Assembly: GCA_025603075.1 (NCBI GenBank)
Contig: MU626275.1
Location: forward strand, 62,001-126,000
DNA from: Neoconidiobolus thromboides FSU 785
Lineage: Eukaryota; Fungi; Entomophthoromycota
Direction of reading: 5' to 3'
Length of the DNA stretch: 64,000 bases
This document shows positions 22,253-34,741 of the stretch, piece after piece (the first letter of the stretch is position 1; the number at the start of each line of letters is the position of its first letter). The notes beneath the pieces were generated by a model. It saw nothing but the letters and a program-made list of their open reading frames with translations. It did no database searches and was not told the origin of the DNA. The position numbers and the translations under genes are program-made.

Positions 22253-25067
22253 ATGTTATTCAATCGGTTCCATTCATTAAATAAACAGGGGTTAATCCAA
22301 TCTGTATCAAAAAGAAGCATTAAATTCTATTCAACTCTTAAAGATGATAATAGCAATAAAAATTATTCGGATACATTATTATTACCAGAAACTTCATTTA
22401 AATTAAGATTCGATCCCTTGATGGAAAAAAAATATAGAGAAAAAAGTACTACAGAGGTTTATCAATGGCAGGTAAATTACATTGAAAAAAATTAAAAATA
22501 GCAAAAAAAAATTCTTCCGCATCATATTTTAATTTGATATCATGGATGATAAAGAGTTCATTAGAATTAAGAGTATTAATCATTTTATCTTTTAAATAGT
22601 TGAAAAAAGAAAACCGACCCAATTTTATATTGCATGATGGGCCACCGTATGCTAATGGTAAATTACATTCGGGTAAGTTTAGTTGAAAAAAAAATTAAAA
22701 TAATTTTTATGAATTAATTATTTAGGTCATGCTATGAATAAAATATTAAAAGATATAATTAATCGTTACAAATTATTACAAGGTTATAAAGTTAAGTAAG
22801 TTATGACATAATAGAAAAATAGATAAAATGAATTAAATGATGATTCTCGTTTTTTTTAGTTATATACCAGGTTGGGATTGTCATGGTTTACCTATTGAAT
22901 TAAAAGCATTAGAAAAATTTAAAGTAAATGTTTTTTATTATAATAACATTATCAATAGCTTGATTTTTTACAAAAGAAAGGGCATTTTTTTTTCATTCAT
23001 TAACAATATAATTTCATTGACAATAGAAACAAAAATTAACACCCGTTGAGATACGTAAAGAAGCAAGAAAACTAGCATTAGAGACAATAGAAACACAAAA
23101 GGAAGATTTTAAAAAATTTGGTATAATGGCTGATTGGAATCAAGTTTATAGAACTTTAGGTAAGTCATAGAATAATTTAAAACAAAGATTTTTACACTAC
23201 TATTTTTCATTAAATTAATTATGAAATTTTATTTTAGATACTGATTATATAGTTCGTCAATTAAACGTATTTAAAAAATTTATTGAAAAAGGTAAATTAA
23301 TTGAAATTTCATTACAAATTAAAATATTAAATATATTAAATATATTAATATTAAAGGTTATGTCTATCGTCAATTTCGTCCTGTTTATTGGTCTCCATCA
23401 ACACTGTAAGTGAAATCAATAACCTAATTAATTTAAAAAAATAGTTAAAGATATTAAATATATTTATTAATTATTAATTAGTACTGCACTTGCTGAATCT
23501 GAATTAGAATATAAAAATGACCATAAATCAACAGCTGCTTATATTAAGTTTAATGTTGAAAGTGAGTTATTTTTATTTACTAATATATAATTAATAAATT
23601 TTACATTTTCAATAAAAATAGAGAATCATTCGTTATTCAATACATTACCAAAAGAAGCAGAAGTTAATGTTATCATTTGGACTACTACCCCTTGGACAAT
23701 TCCTAGCAATCAAGTAAGTATTGTTTTATTTTTATAGTTATAAAATTCAAATGTTAATATTTAATAGTTATTTATTATTGTTATTTTCTAGGCCATTTCA
23801 GTTCATCCTGAAATTAATTATGGATTATTTAAAGAAAAGAATGTAGAAAAATATTTTATTATAGGTGAAAAAGGAGTGGAAAATGTCAAGGAATTTATGA
23901 ATTCATTAGAATTAGTAAAAATAATCAAAGGTATCAATAATATAGAATAATTCATATTTAAAATATTAATTAATTATTAATAGGAAAGGAACTAGAATTA
24001 ATAAATTATTATCATCCAATTAATAAAGAAAAATTGAAGATTATATTGGCTGATTATGTATCTGAAACTTCAGGCACTGGTAAAATATTAATTGAATCTA
24101 CAAGTTAAAAAAGAATGTATTCATATTAAATTTAAAAATTTAAAAAATAGGATTAGTTCATTGTGCCCCAAGTCATGGCATGGATGATTATCGTACTGGT
24201 CAAAAATATGGAATTACTGGAAAGAATTTAGGTAATTTTTAAAAGAATTGAAATCAATGTTATAATAATAATATTATTATAATATCATCATGTAAAAATA
24301 ATTAATTTTAATTTAATTATAGTGGATCAATATGGTAAATTTACTTCTGAAGCAGGTGAATTATTAGCTGGTAAAGCTGTTTTGAGAGAGGGCAATACAC
24401 TGGTATTAGGATTATTAAAAGAAAGTAATAATCTAATTAATTCATATGATTATATTCATTCTTATCCATATGATTGGAGATCAAAAAAACCTGTTATTCA
24501 AAGGTAAATTAATATTAATATTAATATTAATATCATAATTAATTTATAATAATGATATACTAATGATGTATTAAACTAATTTTATTTTTAGAGCTACTGC
24601 TCAATGGTTTATTAATGTTCAACAAATTACTAAAAATGCAATTAATAAATTAAATCAAGTTACTACAATACCATCTTCAGGTAAAAATCGATTAATTCAA
24701 TTTTTAAATGGAAGAGAAGAATGGTGTATATCCAGACAAAGATCATGGGGAGTACCAATTCCTGTATTCTATGATAAAAATGGTAAATTAATAATAATAA
24801 TAATAATATAATAATATAATATTAGTTAATTAATTTTACATTTTATTATTAAATATAGGCAATCCTTTATTAGATAATAAAGTTATCACACATGTAATTA
24901 ATATAATAAAAGAAAAAGGAGTAGATAGTTGGTTTGAATTATCAGTGAAAGAATTGTTACCACTAGAATATGATAGTCAATCATATACTAAAGGAATGGA
25001 TACTATGGATGTTTGGTTTGATTCAGGAACTAGTTTTAGTTTAATTGAAGAATTAAAAGAAAAAGAA

Positions 25068-25121
<54 letters not shown>

Positions 25122-26495
25122 TATATTTCTGATGTTTATTTAGAAGGATCAGATCAACATCGAGGTTGGTTTCAATCTTCAATATTATTAGCTACAGGTG
25201 CTTATGATAAATTACCATATAAAACCTTAATTACACATGGGTTTTTATTAGATGGAAAAGGAATCAAAATGTCTAAATCAATTGGTAATATAATTGAACC
25301 ACAAATAATTATTGAAGGTGGGAAAAATAAGCAATATCAACCAGCATATGGTATTGATTTATTAAGATTTTGGATTGCTAGTTCGGATTATTCAAAAGAT
25401 GTATCATTAGGAAATGATATATTAAAAATGAATAATCAAGCATTATTTAAAGTTAGAAATACTATTCGATTTATATTAGGCAATGTTAAAACAAAAAGAG
25501 AAATATCATATAAACAATTATTTCCTTTAGATCAATATATATTACATGAATTATTTCAATTGCAAATCAATTGTCAAAATTATTATGAAGATTATCAATT
25601 TCATTTAGTAATTGCAGAAATATTAAAATTTTCCAATTTTTTATCCAGTTTCTATTTGGATTCTATAAAAGATCGAGTTTATGCAGAGAAAATAGAATCT
25701 CAATCTAGAACTAACGTAGAATATGTATTATTACAAGTATTAGAAACTTATTTAAGTTTACTTGCTCCAATTACCCCATTAATGATTGAAGAGGCTTATG
25801 ATTTAAGTAAACAGCTTTTGAAAGATGAAAAAGAATCAGTGTTTCATAGAGAATTTGTTAAATTAGTAAGATTTATTTGTACAAGTTTTTTTAAAAATAA
25901 TATTGTTTTAACAATCATTTTTATTTTAGAATCAAGAATTTCATAATATACAATTAAAACAAGAATGGGAAATAATTTTACAAATTAAACAAAATATTTA
26001 TTCGTCAATTGAAAAGTTTCGAATTGAAAAGTAAGTTTATTTTAATTTTAATTATTATTATTTAATGAATATTAATTATATTATTATTTAAATTTAGTAA
26101 AATTACCAATAATTTACAATTAAGATTAAATTTTTATAATTTAAATAAAGATATGGAGGATTGGTTATTGAAATTAGAATTGAATCATCATCAATTATCT
26201 GATGTATTATTAATATCAGATATTCAATTTAAACAAACAGAAGATCTCAGTGAATTAAATTGTTTTGATATTAAAAATATTAATGGTAAATTTATTAATA
26301 AGAATATTTAATAATTATGTATTAATATATTAATTTTTATATTTTATATTCTAATTAGATTCAAACATGAATAATAAAATCTATTTTCAATTACAAAAAA
26401 TTGAAAATCAATTTAAATGTCCAAGATGTTGGAAATATCATAGTTTAATTGAAAATCAATTATGTCAACGATGTGATCAAGTAATTAAATATTAA
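22253..26495 (+). CDS. ISM1: Mitochondrial isoleucyl-tRNA synthetase, many short introns
   Basis: Presequence-like N-terminus, [15 protein letters not shown] (HIGH), [43 protein letters not shown]-terminal CPRCW...CQRC zinc finger; stop at 26493-26495. Confidence 0.93.
25068..25121 (+). repeat. (AAT)18 microsatellite encoding poly-Asn inside IleRS exon
   Basis: 18 consecutive AAT codons in frame. Confidence 0.95.
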
Positions 26496-26641
26496 AAATA
26501 AAATCAATAAAATATATTAGACAAAATAAAAAATGAAATAAAAAAAATAAAAAAAGATTAAATATAATTTAGTTATTATTATATTATTATATTATTGTAT
26601 CACCTTTTATTGTTATTATTAATATATTATTGAAATTATTA

Positions 26642-27044
26642 TTAAATTAATAATTCCATTTTATTATTTAACTTATTTTTAATATTAATACAAGTCAAAT
26701 GAAATTTCAATTCATTATCTTTCATTAGAGGTAAATAACATACATTACAACAATGATTTGGATTAATATTTTTAGGTAATTTTGGGATTTCTTTATTAGG
26801 CTAAAAAAAAGAAATTAATGTATATTATTAATAATCAAAACTAGTATATTGTTATTATTAAATTAATTAAAACTTACAATTGTTAAACTTAATCTCATCA
26901 TTAATTGAATTATTGTTGAAAATAAATTTTCTAATAATCCCGTATTATTACTATTATTATTGTCCAATTCCAATTGTAACTTATTATAATTAATAGACAA
27001 TTCCAAACGTTCAATCACAACTTTAAATTCAAATAAAGCTAAAT

Positions 27045-27075
<31 letters not shown>

Positions 27076-27976
27076 ATATTAAATTTACCTTTTAAATAAA
27101 AATTTAATGGATTGTATTCTAACAAAATTAATCTCTCATTATTATTTAATATTAAATCTAATTGTTTTAATTTTTCAATAGCTAATTGAAATTGATTTTC
27201 AATATAAGAATACATCTTAAACCAAGGTTCAATATCTAAATGACTATTATAAAATTATAAACATACAATATTCTAATAAAATTATTATTTTAATATATTA
27301 CCTTAATACTTTTAATGCTTTAGTAGGGGTTGATGAATCTAAAACATGAAAAATTAAACATAATAATAATAATAATAAAACTTACCTTTATTCCAACTAT
27401 TCTTTCGATTTTCTTTCTTTTTTGTTATAATTTTTGGAAAATAATTTTTATCTAATAATTCAAATTCATCAATTTGATGATTATTTAATTTTTGTTTAAT
27501 ATCTAAAGATAAACTTTTGTGATGTGTTTTGTAATCCATTAATTGACTTTCTTTATCTTTATCTAACATCATTGTTTTTGAGCGTAAAATTGGACGACTG
27601 TTATTTGTTAGTGTTAGCTCTGTATTATTATTATTGTTATTATTATCCTCAAGTTCCGCTGTTACAAAATCTCCATACAAATCTTGATCATTAGTATTTA
27701 CATTTATATTATTATTGATATCTCCATTACTTTCTTCAAATTGAGTAAATAAATTGAATTCATTCCATTCATCTTTATCATCTTTTTTATCGTTCTTTTG
27801 TTCATTTGTATTATTAGCAAAATTATCAAAATCATCTAATAAATTATTATGTTTGTTAAAATTATGATTTATATTTTTATTAATGTCTTTATTTCCATTT
27901 GCACTACTACTAGTAAACCCTTCAAATTCATCTAATAAATTGATTGTATTTACATTGCTCTGTTTTTTATCCATAA

Positions 27977-28022
<46 letters not shown>

Positions 28023-28699
28023 GCTATTCGTTGCCATAAAATCAGCAAACTCATCTATCAACACCTCATTCTTTGAGCTCTGCTTCTGTATAGTTTTATT
28101 GTTATTATCATTATTACTATCCGCGGTATTCATAAAATCACCAAAACCATCAAATAGGTCCCCTTTAGTTGTACTTTGTTGATTTCCTTCTTTGTTATTG
28201 TTGTTATTACTTGTACTCATAAAATCACCAAAGCCATCAAATAGATCCTTACTACTTAATTGATTTTGATTCTTATTATTTCCTTCAAATTCCCCAAATA
28301 AGTCCGCTTGTTTCTTTTGGTTTTTTTCATACTGCTTACCCTCATTTAACACATCAAATAAATCCATTTGAACTCCTTTTTTCCCATAATTACTATTAAA
28401 ATTCGATTCACTAAACAAAAAAGGTATATAAATAAATCATTAATTGGTACCATTCAAGTTAAAATATTAACAAAAATTTCCATTTACCTTAATTTACCCA
28501 TACCTATACTCCTACTACTCTCCTCTTCTTCCATTTCTTGAAATGCTAATTCGTTATCAAATAAATTAGCCACTCTATCTTCGCTAACTGTTCGCTCATT
28601 GCTCATTGCTGAAACCGGTTCGTCATCATCAAAGAGTAATGACCGATTCTCTTCTTTTTTTTTGAAACCTAAACGGAAACCAAAATTACTAAAATTCAT
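26642..28699 (-). CDS. Synergin-gamma-like AP-1/clathrin accessory protein, 6 exons
   Basis: Spliced manually; low-complexity region with repeated DLFDGFGDF/DEFADF/DEFEGF/DDFDNF motifs, helical C-terminal region, terminal CNVC...FHLTC motif resembling the SYNRG C-terminus. Confidence 0.55.
27978..28022 (-). repeat. (AAT)n poly-Asn tract in synergin-like exon
   Basis: TTA/ATT trinucleotide run on plus strand. Confidence 0.9.
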
Positions 28700-29155
28700 A
28701 TTATGTATATTCTACAATTTTTGTATTGTTATTGATATTGCTGTTATAGTTATTATCGTTAATACTATTGATATTATTGGTACTATTAGTGTTTAGTTGC
28801 TAGTTAATCTATTGAGAAAGAATATTAAGTGGCTTTTTTTAGTCACAATAGTTTTTTAAAGTTTCCAATTTTAAGATAAGGAATTAATGGAATATTTATT
28901 GCTAAATTTAAAAAGAATTAATAGAAAATAAATACAGAGTTAGAATTCAAGTTGAATATCATTTTTCAAAAACTAATAATGTATATTTGAACTCATATGG
29001 AATTATATAGCATTTTGCCAAAAGAAAATGAAAGACATATTAGATATGTTTCAAACAAACTAAAGTTGTAAAGAAATAAATATTTTTTTAAAATTTTATT
29101 ATAAAAAATGAAGTCAAAAAAACATCCTGATGTAATAAAAAAACAAATATTATAT

Positions 29156-29252
29156 GGGGTTGTTTTTTTTGGCTTCATTACTTTTTCCATCTTTTAAGCA
29201 TTATCTGAACGGAAAAATTGTTAGTAAAATTCTTATACAAAAATACATCCCC
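29156..29252 (-). mobile_element. MITE copy M10 (a 3-prime fragment M9 lies at ~29085-29129)
   Basis: GGGGTTGT...ACATCCCC, ATAT/ATAT flanks. Confidence 0.85.
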
Positions 29253-29371
29253 ATATTGTGTTAAAAATATAGTAAATTAATCAATATTTTTAAGCTAAGT
29301 TAATAAAACACTCTAATTACTAGTTATTAAAATACTAGTTCAAAATATTTTCAAGTTAAATTTAATTATAT

Positions 29372-29465
29372 AGGGATGTATTTTTTATTTAAGAGTTTTA
29401 TTAACAATCTTTCCACTTGAATAGCGCTTAAAAAATGGAAAAATAATGAAATCAAAAGCATTACT
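29372..29465 (+). mobile_element. MITE copy M11 (right terminus eroded)
   Basis: AGGGATGT start, intact core AATAGCGCTTAAAAAATGGAAAAA. Confidence 0.8.
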
Positions 29466-30373
29466 ATATATATTATTATATTTTAATTAAATTTTGATAT
29501 TAAATTTTAAAATAATAGCAACATCTATACAATTAAAGTTGCTGTTAAAATTAAAATCCTTTATTTTTATCTTTAATTAACATGTTATATAATAAAAGCA
29601 ACAACATATCATAACTAAATAAAGTAATGTTACTAAGTCACTTTTTTAATTTATTTAGTTAATAAATAGGTTCTAGAACCAAATGCATGATAAATTCATT
29701 TATATATGTTTGAAAATCGATATATTAATGTATATTCTTAATATTTCATTTTATTATTATATAATTGAATTCAATATCTAGTTTGAACATTAATTCTTGT
29801 AGTTTTTTTAAAATATTATTTATTTTTTCATTCAATATAAGAATTATCCTAGTTTTTTTTTAATCTATTTATTAATATTTTATTTTATTTGAAACATAGG
29901 AATAATAACTTTATTTGATATTAAAAGTGGTATAAAATTTAAAGTGATAAATAGGTTAAATAAGGGGGTAAATATAATAAAAAATTTATAATTTCAATCT
30001 TATTTTTTTATAAAATATAATATAAAAATTGAACTTTATTTTTAAAAGTGAGATGAAAAGAAGACAGTAATTAACCAAAAAAAATAAAAATAAAGATATT
30101 TTTTAAATGTTATAATTAAATATAAAAAAACAACTTAAGTCTATTAAACTAATTTTTATCAATACAAAGTATTAAAATAAGTATTAAGATCATTTTTGTA
30201 TTAAAATAAAAAGTAATGATCAATTTTATTATAATTATTTTATTCTTTTTATTCCTTTTTATAAATAATTATCGGGTAAATCAAATATCCAAAATCAAGT
30301 TAAAAAAAGCAAAATAAATAAAAGGGGGGATAATTTTCAAATAAAGGGTTAGAAATGATATACCTGTCTAGAA

Positions 30374-31120
30374 CTATAGGGAGTAATTTGATGACGAAGG
30401 TGAACTAATATTATATTTTACATTATATATCAATTCATCTATTTCATCCATATCTGCATTTAGTAAATTAAGTATATATTTAATATCTGGGAATGGGGAT
30501 TGTTTTGAGGGTTTAAAAGAGTATAATATTTCACTATTTGAATTGATTAAATAAGTTTCACCAGAATAAGTATCTTGTTTAGTATGACTATGACTTAATA
30601 AGGACTTAATATTGGAATATTTAAAAAATTGATTGAATTTGGGTAATTTTGTAGAGTTTAATATAGATTCGGATGCTTTAAATACTTTACTTGTAGGATC
30701 TAGATATAAGTCCCATTTCCAATAACCTGAACTTAAAAAAGTAGTTAAATCTAAATCTTTTAATACTACAACTATCATCTTTATATTATTTTTTTCAAAA
30801 GAAGCTTGAAATTCGGATAACATTTGGGCTTCATGATGAGCTAATTTACAATCTAAGTGTGGCAATACCTTTAATATTACTGAATTGTATTTCCATAAAT
30901 CACTAAGATAAATTTCTTCTCCATCTAATTTTTTGATTATAATCCCATTAAACATCTTTGCGTTATCTTTGACAATACCACTATTATTAGATGAGCTACT
31001 TAACAAGGAAGAGCTAATATTTATTAGATTGGACTCATAATATACATCTCGTTTTGACTTAGAAATGTCATGTAACTGTGGATTAATTTGACAATAAATT
31101 TTATTTCGAGTAGTATTCAT
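30374..31120 (-). CDS. PRXL2/AhpC-TSA_2 family paralog D (active site CxxA), 248 aa
   Basis: LSDLWK...ILKVL, FLSSGYWKWDLYLDP, YSFKP conserved; HLDCKLAHHEA replaces RLGCxLC. Confidence 0.78.
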   Translation of the reverse strand: MNTTRNKIYCQINPQLHDISKSKRDVYYESNLINISSSLLSSSSNNSGIVKDNAKMFNGIIIKKLDGEEIYLSDLWKYNSVILKVLPHLDCKLAHHEAQMLSEFQASFEKNNIKMIVVVLKDLDLTTFLSSGYWKWDLYLDPTSKVFKASESILNSTKLPKFNQFFKYSNIKSLLSHSHTKQDTYSGETYLINSNSEILYSFKPSKQSPFPDIKYILNLLNADMDEIDELIYNVKYNISSPSSSNYSL

Positions 31121-31486
31121 TTAAAATTAAGTTGGAATGTTAAATTGAATTGAGATTTATATTTGAAGCTATTTTTATACAACTCCAATTAAACATTCAA
31201 CTTTATCATCAATTTCTCCACAGACTAAATTTACCCCAAAATAGTCTGGGGGATTTTATCATGGAATAAATTAGATTTATTTGAAAAACTAGTAAATTTA
31301 AACTAGTTTATAATCAGAATACAATTTCCGTTTTAAAAATGCTTTAAAATCTTTTTTTTGAAATTAGAACCCAATTCAATTACTATACATTAAACATAAT
31401 ATGTATTATAAATTAATATTTTAATTTTAAAAATAGGCTAAAGTAAAAGAAAAAATGATTATATATTTATTAATATAAAACTGAAT

Positions 31487-32227
31487 TTAAAAGGTACGTG
31501 AGCTTAATCTAGAACTTGAACTAAAGCTTTCTTCTTCGTTTAACCTTTCCCTTGTATAGACATATTCTTCAGGTGTGTCATCATGAATTTCATCTGGATC
31601 ACCACCAATCAACCCATAAATTTCTTTAATACTTGGAAATTGTCCAAATTTTTTTGCTTTAAAACTATAAATTATTTCACCACGTGGATTGATTACAAAA
31701 GTGCCACCAAGTTGACGAATACTACCTTTTTGAATGGTATTAGGGATCCCTTTATCTCTTAAAAATCCCACTAAAGATTTTAAAATCCTTTTTCTCAATA
31801 CATAAAATATATAAGATAATGATACTTTATGTAAGCCAGCAGCTTTATATACTTTTCGTTCATAATCCATATAAATATCCCAGTTCCAATAACCAGAAGT
31901 TATAAAAACACTTGAATCAACATCTTCATGTGTAATAGCAACTAAACCAACATTATGTTTTTCAAATAAGGGTTGCATCTCGGATAGCATTTTAGCTTCT
32001 TGTCTACATAAACAACATCCCAACCTTCTTAATACTTTAACTATCACTGTTCTTTCTTTCCATAACTCTTTGACTTTAATATCGTTACCAAATCGATCTT
32101 TAACTACAATATCTTCAATCACTTTGGATAATTTACCATTTAATGTATAATGATGATTCAAAAATGGATCTTCCTTTCTATCACTGTTTATTGAGGTTTC
32201 ATAATGCTCACAAGAAGTACACTGCAT
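31487..32227 (-). CDS. PRXL2/AhpC-TSA_2 family paralog E, 246 aa
   Basis: RRLGCCLCRQEA (closest to canonical RRxGCxxCR), IRQLGGTFVIN. Confidence 0.88.
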   Translation of the reverse strand: MQCTSCEHYETSINSDRKEDPFLNHHYTLNGKLSKVIEDIVVKDRFGNDIKVKELWKERTVIVKVLRRLGCCLCRQEAKMLSEMQPLFEKHNVGLVAITHEDVDSSVFITSGYWNWDIYMDYERKVYKAAGLHKVSLSYIFYVLRKRILKSLVGFLRDKGIPNTIQKGSIRQLGGTFVINPRGEIIYSFKAKKFGQFPSIKEIYGLIGGDPDEIHDDTPEEYVYTRERLNEEESFSSSSRLSSRTF

Positions 32228-33395
32228 TTAAAAAAAGTATAAAAAAACAAAAATGCAAATTAATTAATTTTTAAAATTGTTTTATACCTCGAGTTGACCC
32301 CATACTCAATAATCTAAAGTTCTAAACACTAAAATCGAATAAAAGATTCATAAATTCGAATAACTTATTTTATGCTTCTATATAAAAACTTATTTTAAGC
32401 TAATTTTTTTCCACTTGATTTGGCTATGGTTTTTTCAATATTTACTACATAAACTATCTATTTAATTTTATTTCATGTGTAAACTATCTATTTATTGTTA
32501 CTCCCCTTATCAGCCTATTTATAAACATATCTGATTTAAATAAGTTTTTCTATTTTTGTTATAATTTTTTAAGCAATATGAAATAATTGTTGAAAATGTT
32601 CATTGTATTGTTTTGTTGACTATTTAATTACACTTAATCATGTACACTTAATTTCTCTGTTACCAGTAATATTGTGATCGAACTTATATTTGATTTTTGG
32701 ACTTATTGTCTAATTTTACTATTTAATAAAAAGTTTCCTTTAATTATTATTTATTTCATAATTATAAATAGTGATAGTTTCAAAATTTACTTTACTTGTC
32801 ATTACAGTTGTATAATAAACTCGCTATTAAAGTTTACTAATTATATTAGTTTCTAATATTTTACTTGACTTGATATACATCATTGAATCAAGATAATTCT
32901 TTACTAGAGAATATTTCAAACTAATATAATTAGCATTTAGTTATTTAATGAATATTAATAATATAAACAATTTTTGATATCTACTTTATATATATATTGC
33001 TTATTTCAAACCTTAAATTTTTGTGTAAATTGAACTAATATTTAATATTTAGCTTTAATAATATTATTCATAATTCATTTTTTTTTAAAAAAAATATTTT
33101 ATTAAATTTTATTTTCAAGAATAACGGTTCAAATAATACAATTTATATAGTTTTAATATACTTGAGAATAAAGTATATAAGGTTTTAATCTTTAAAATAT
33201 CCAAAGTATCCAAAATATGGTTTTATTACTGTCAAAGTTTAGTCATTTCATTATTAAATTGTAATAAATATAATAGTTTTAAAGATTAAGTCTTATCTTT
33301 ATAGCGATAAACTTTAGAATGTTAATACTATTTTGACATTGTAAAAACTGTTGAATAAAGCTTTGCTATAAAGGTATAATTTTTGCACTATTATT

Positions 33396-33491
33396 GGGGA
33401 TGTATTTTTTTGTCTAAGAATTTTACTAATAGCTTATTCACTCAAGTAGTGTTTAAAAAATGGAAAGCAGTGAGACCAGAAAAACACCGCC
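33396..33491 (+). mobile_element. MITE copy M12 (diverged)
   Basis: GGGGATGT...ACACCGCC, family core; flanks imperfect. Confidence 0.78.
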
Positions 33492-33659
33492 ATTATTAGA
33501 TTCATTTTTTGTAAAATTTACTCAGTAGCATGAAATAAATTGAATAAAAATAGCTGGAATAAAAATTACTATTAAATTACTTTAAAACCATCTAAATCGC
33601 ATTACATTGATATTGCTTCTGAAAGAAATTTAAATATACTAATTACTATTTAGTTTCAA

Positions 33660-33731
33660 TCTCGGGTAGTATAGTGGTGAGTATCCCCGCCTGTCACGCG
33701 GGAGACCGGGGTTCAATTCCCCGCTCGAGAG
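33660..33731 (+). tRNA. tRNA-Asp(GTC), identical to 10190-10261
   Basis: Same 72-nt sequence; T5 terminator at ~33737. Confidence 0.97.
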
Positions 33732-33779
33732 TATAATTTTTCATTATTTGGTTTTTTATTTTTCACTCTTTCATTATAT

Positions 33780-33878
33780 GGGGCTGTTTTTTTTGGTTTC
33801 ATAACTTCTTCCATTTTTCAAGCGCTATTTGAGCAGAGAGATTATTAGTAAAACTATTAAGCAAAAAAATACATCCCC
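33780..33878 (-). mobile_element. MITE copy M13
   Basis: GGGGCTGT...ACATCCCC, ATAT/ATAT flanks; near-twin of M23. Confidence 0.88.
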
Positions 33879-34399
33879 ATATATTGTCAATTATTTTTTT
33901 AGAAATTGGACATCGGTGATAGTGTTTATTAAGATATAATAATAAATAATAGAGTTTATATCAATTTCAGTTGTATATCATATAAATAGAGTATTAGGAC
34001 TAAAGGAGACATTATCTAGGATCTTAGAATTAATCGACTAATTTAAGAACGTACTTGTAAATTATTATAGTGTTTTTGATGAATTCAATGTATTGTATGT
34101 GAGATGATAAATAACTCAGACTTAAAATATTGTTATCATCTAAATTATTACATTGTAACTAGAATTATTAACATCTGTATTTAAAATAATAAAATGAAAT
34201 AAACGTATCAGTGCTATGTTTTATCAACCATGAATTCAGTAAGTTAATAGAAGATTCTTAAACTACAAAAGTAATCTAATGGCACCACATTACACAACAT
34301 TATTATTTTTATTATGAAATTAAGAAAATGAGATAAAATATTAATAGATAAAATATGAAGTATTATCGATACTGTTATAATTAAAATTCTTAAAAATAT

Positions 34400-34495
34400 G
34401 GGGATATATTTTTTTGTTTAAGAATTTCAATAACAATCTTTCCCTTCAAATAATGCTTAAAAAGGAAAAAATGATGAAGCCAAAGAAACAGCCTC
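34400..34495 (+). mobile_element. MITE copy M14
   Basis: GGGGATAT...ACAGCCTC, ATAT/ATAT flanks. Confidence 0.82.
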
Positions 34496-34741
34496 ATATG
34501 TTTTAGTTTAAAAGCTAGCCTTTATAAATATTAGCTTCTATCTGAGTTCATTTTATATTTCATTTAAAAAAAATCAATTTCAATATTATCTTTATCAAAT
34601 ACAGTAACTTATAACATAAATATAGCTCGAGCCTAAGTATCAAAGTAAAAATTTCACACTTTAAATATTTATTTAATAGGCATAATAGTATGATAAAATA
34701 ATTAGAATAGGATTTCAAACCCTTTTTTTAAATAGTAAAGT

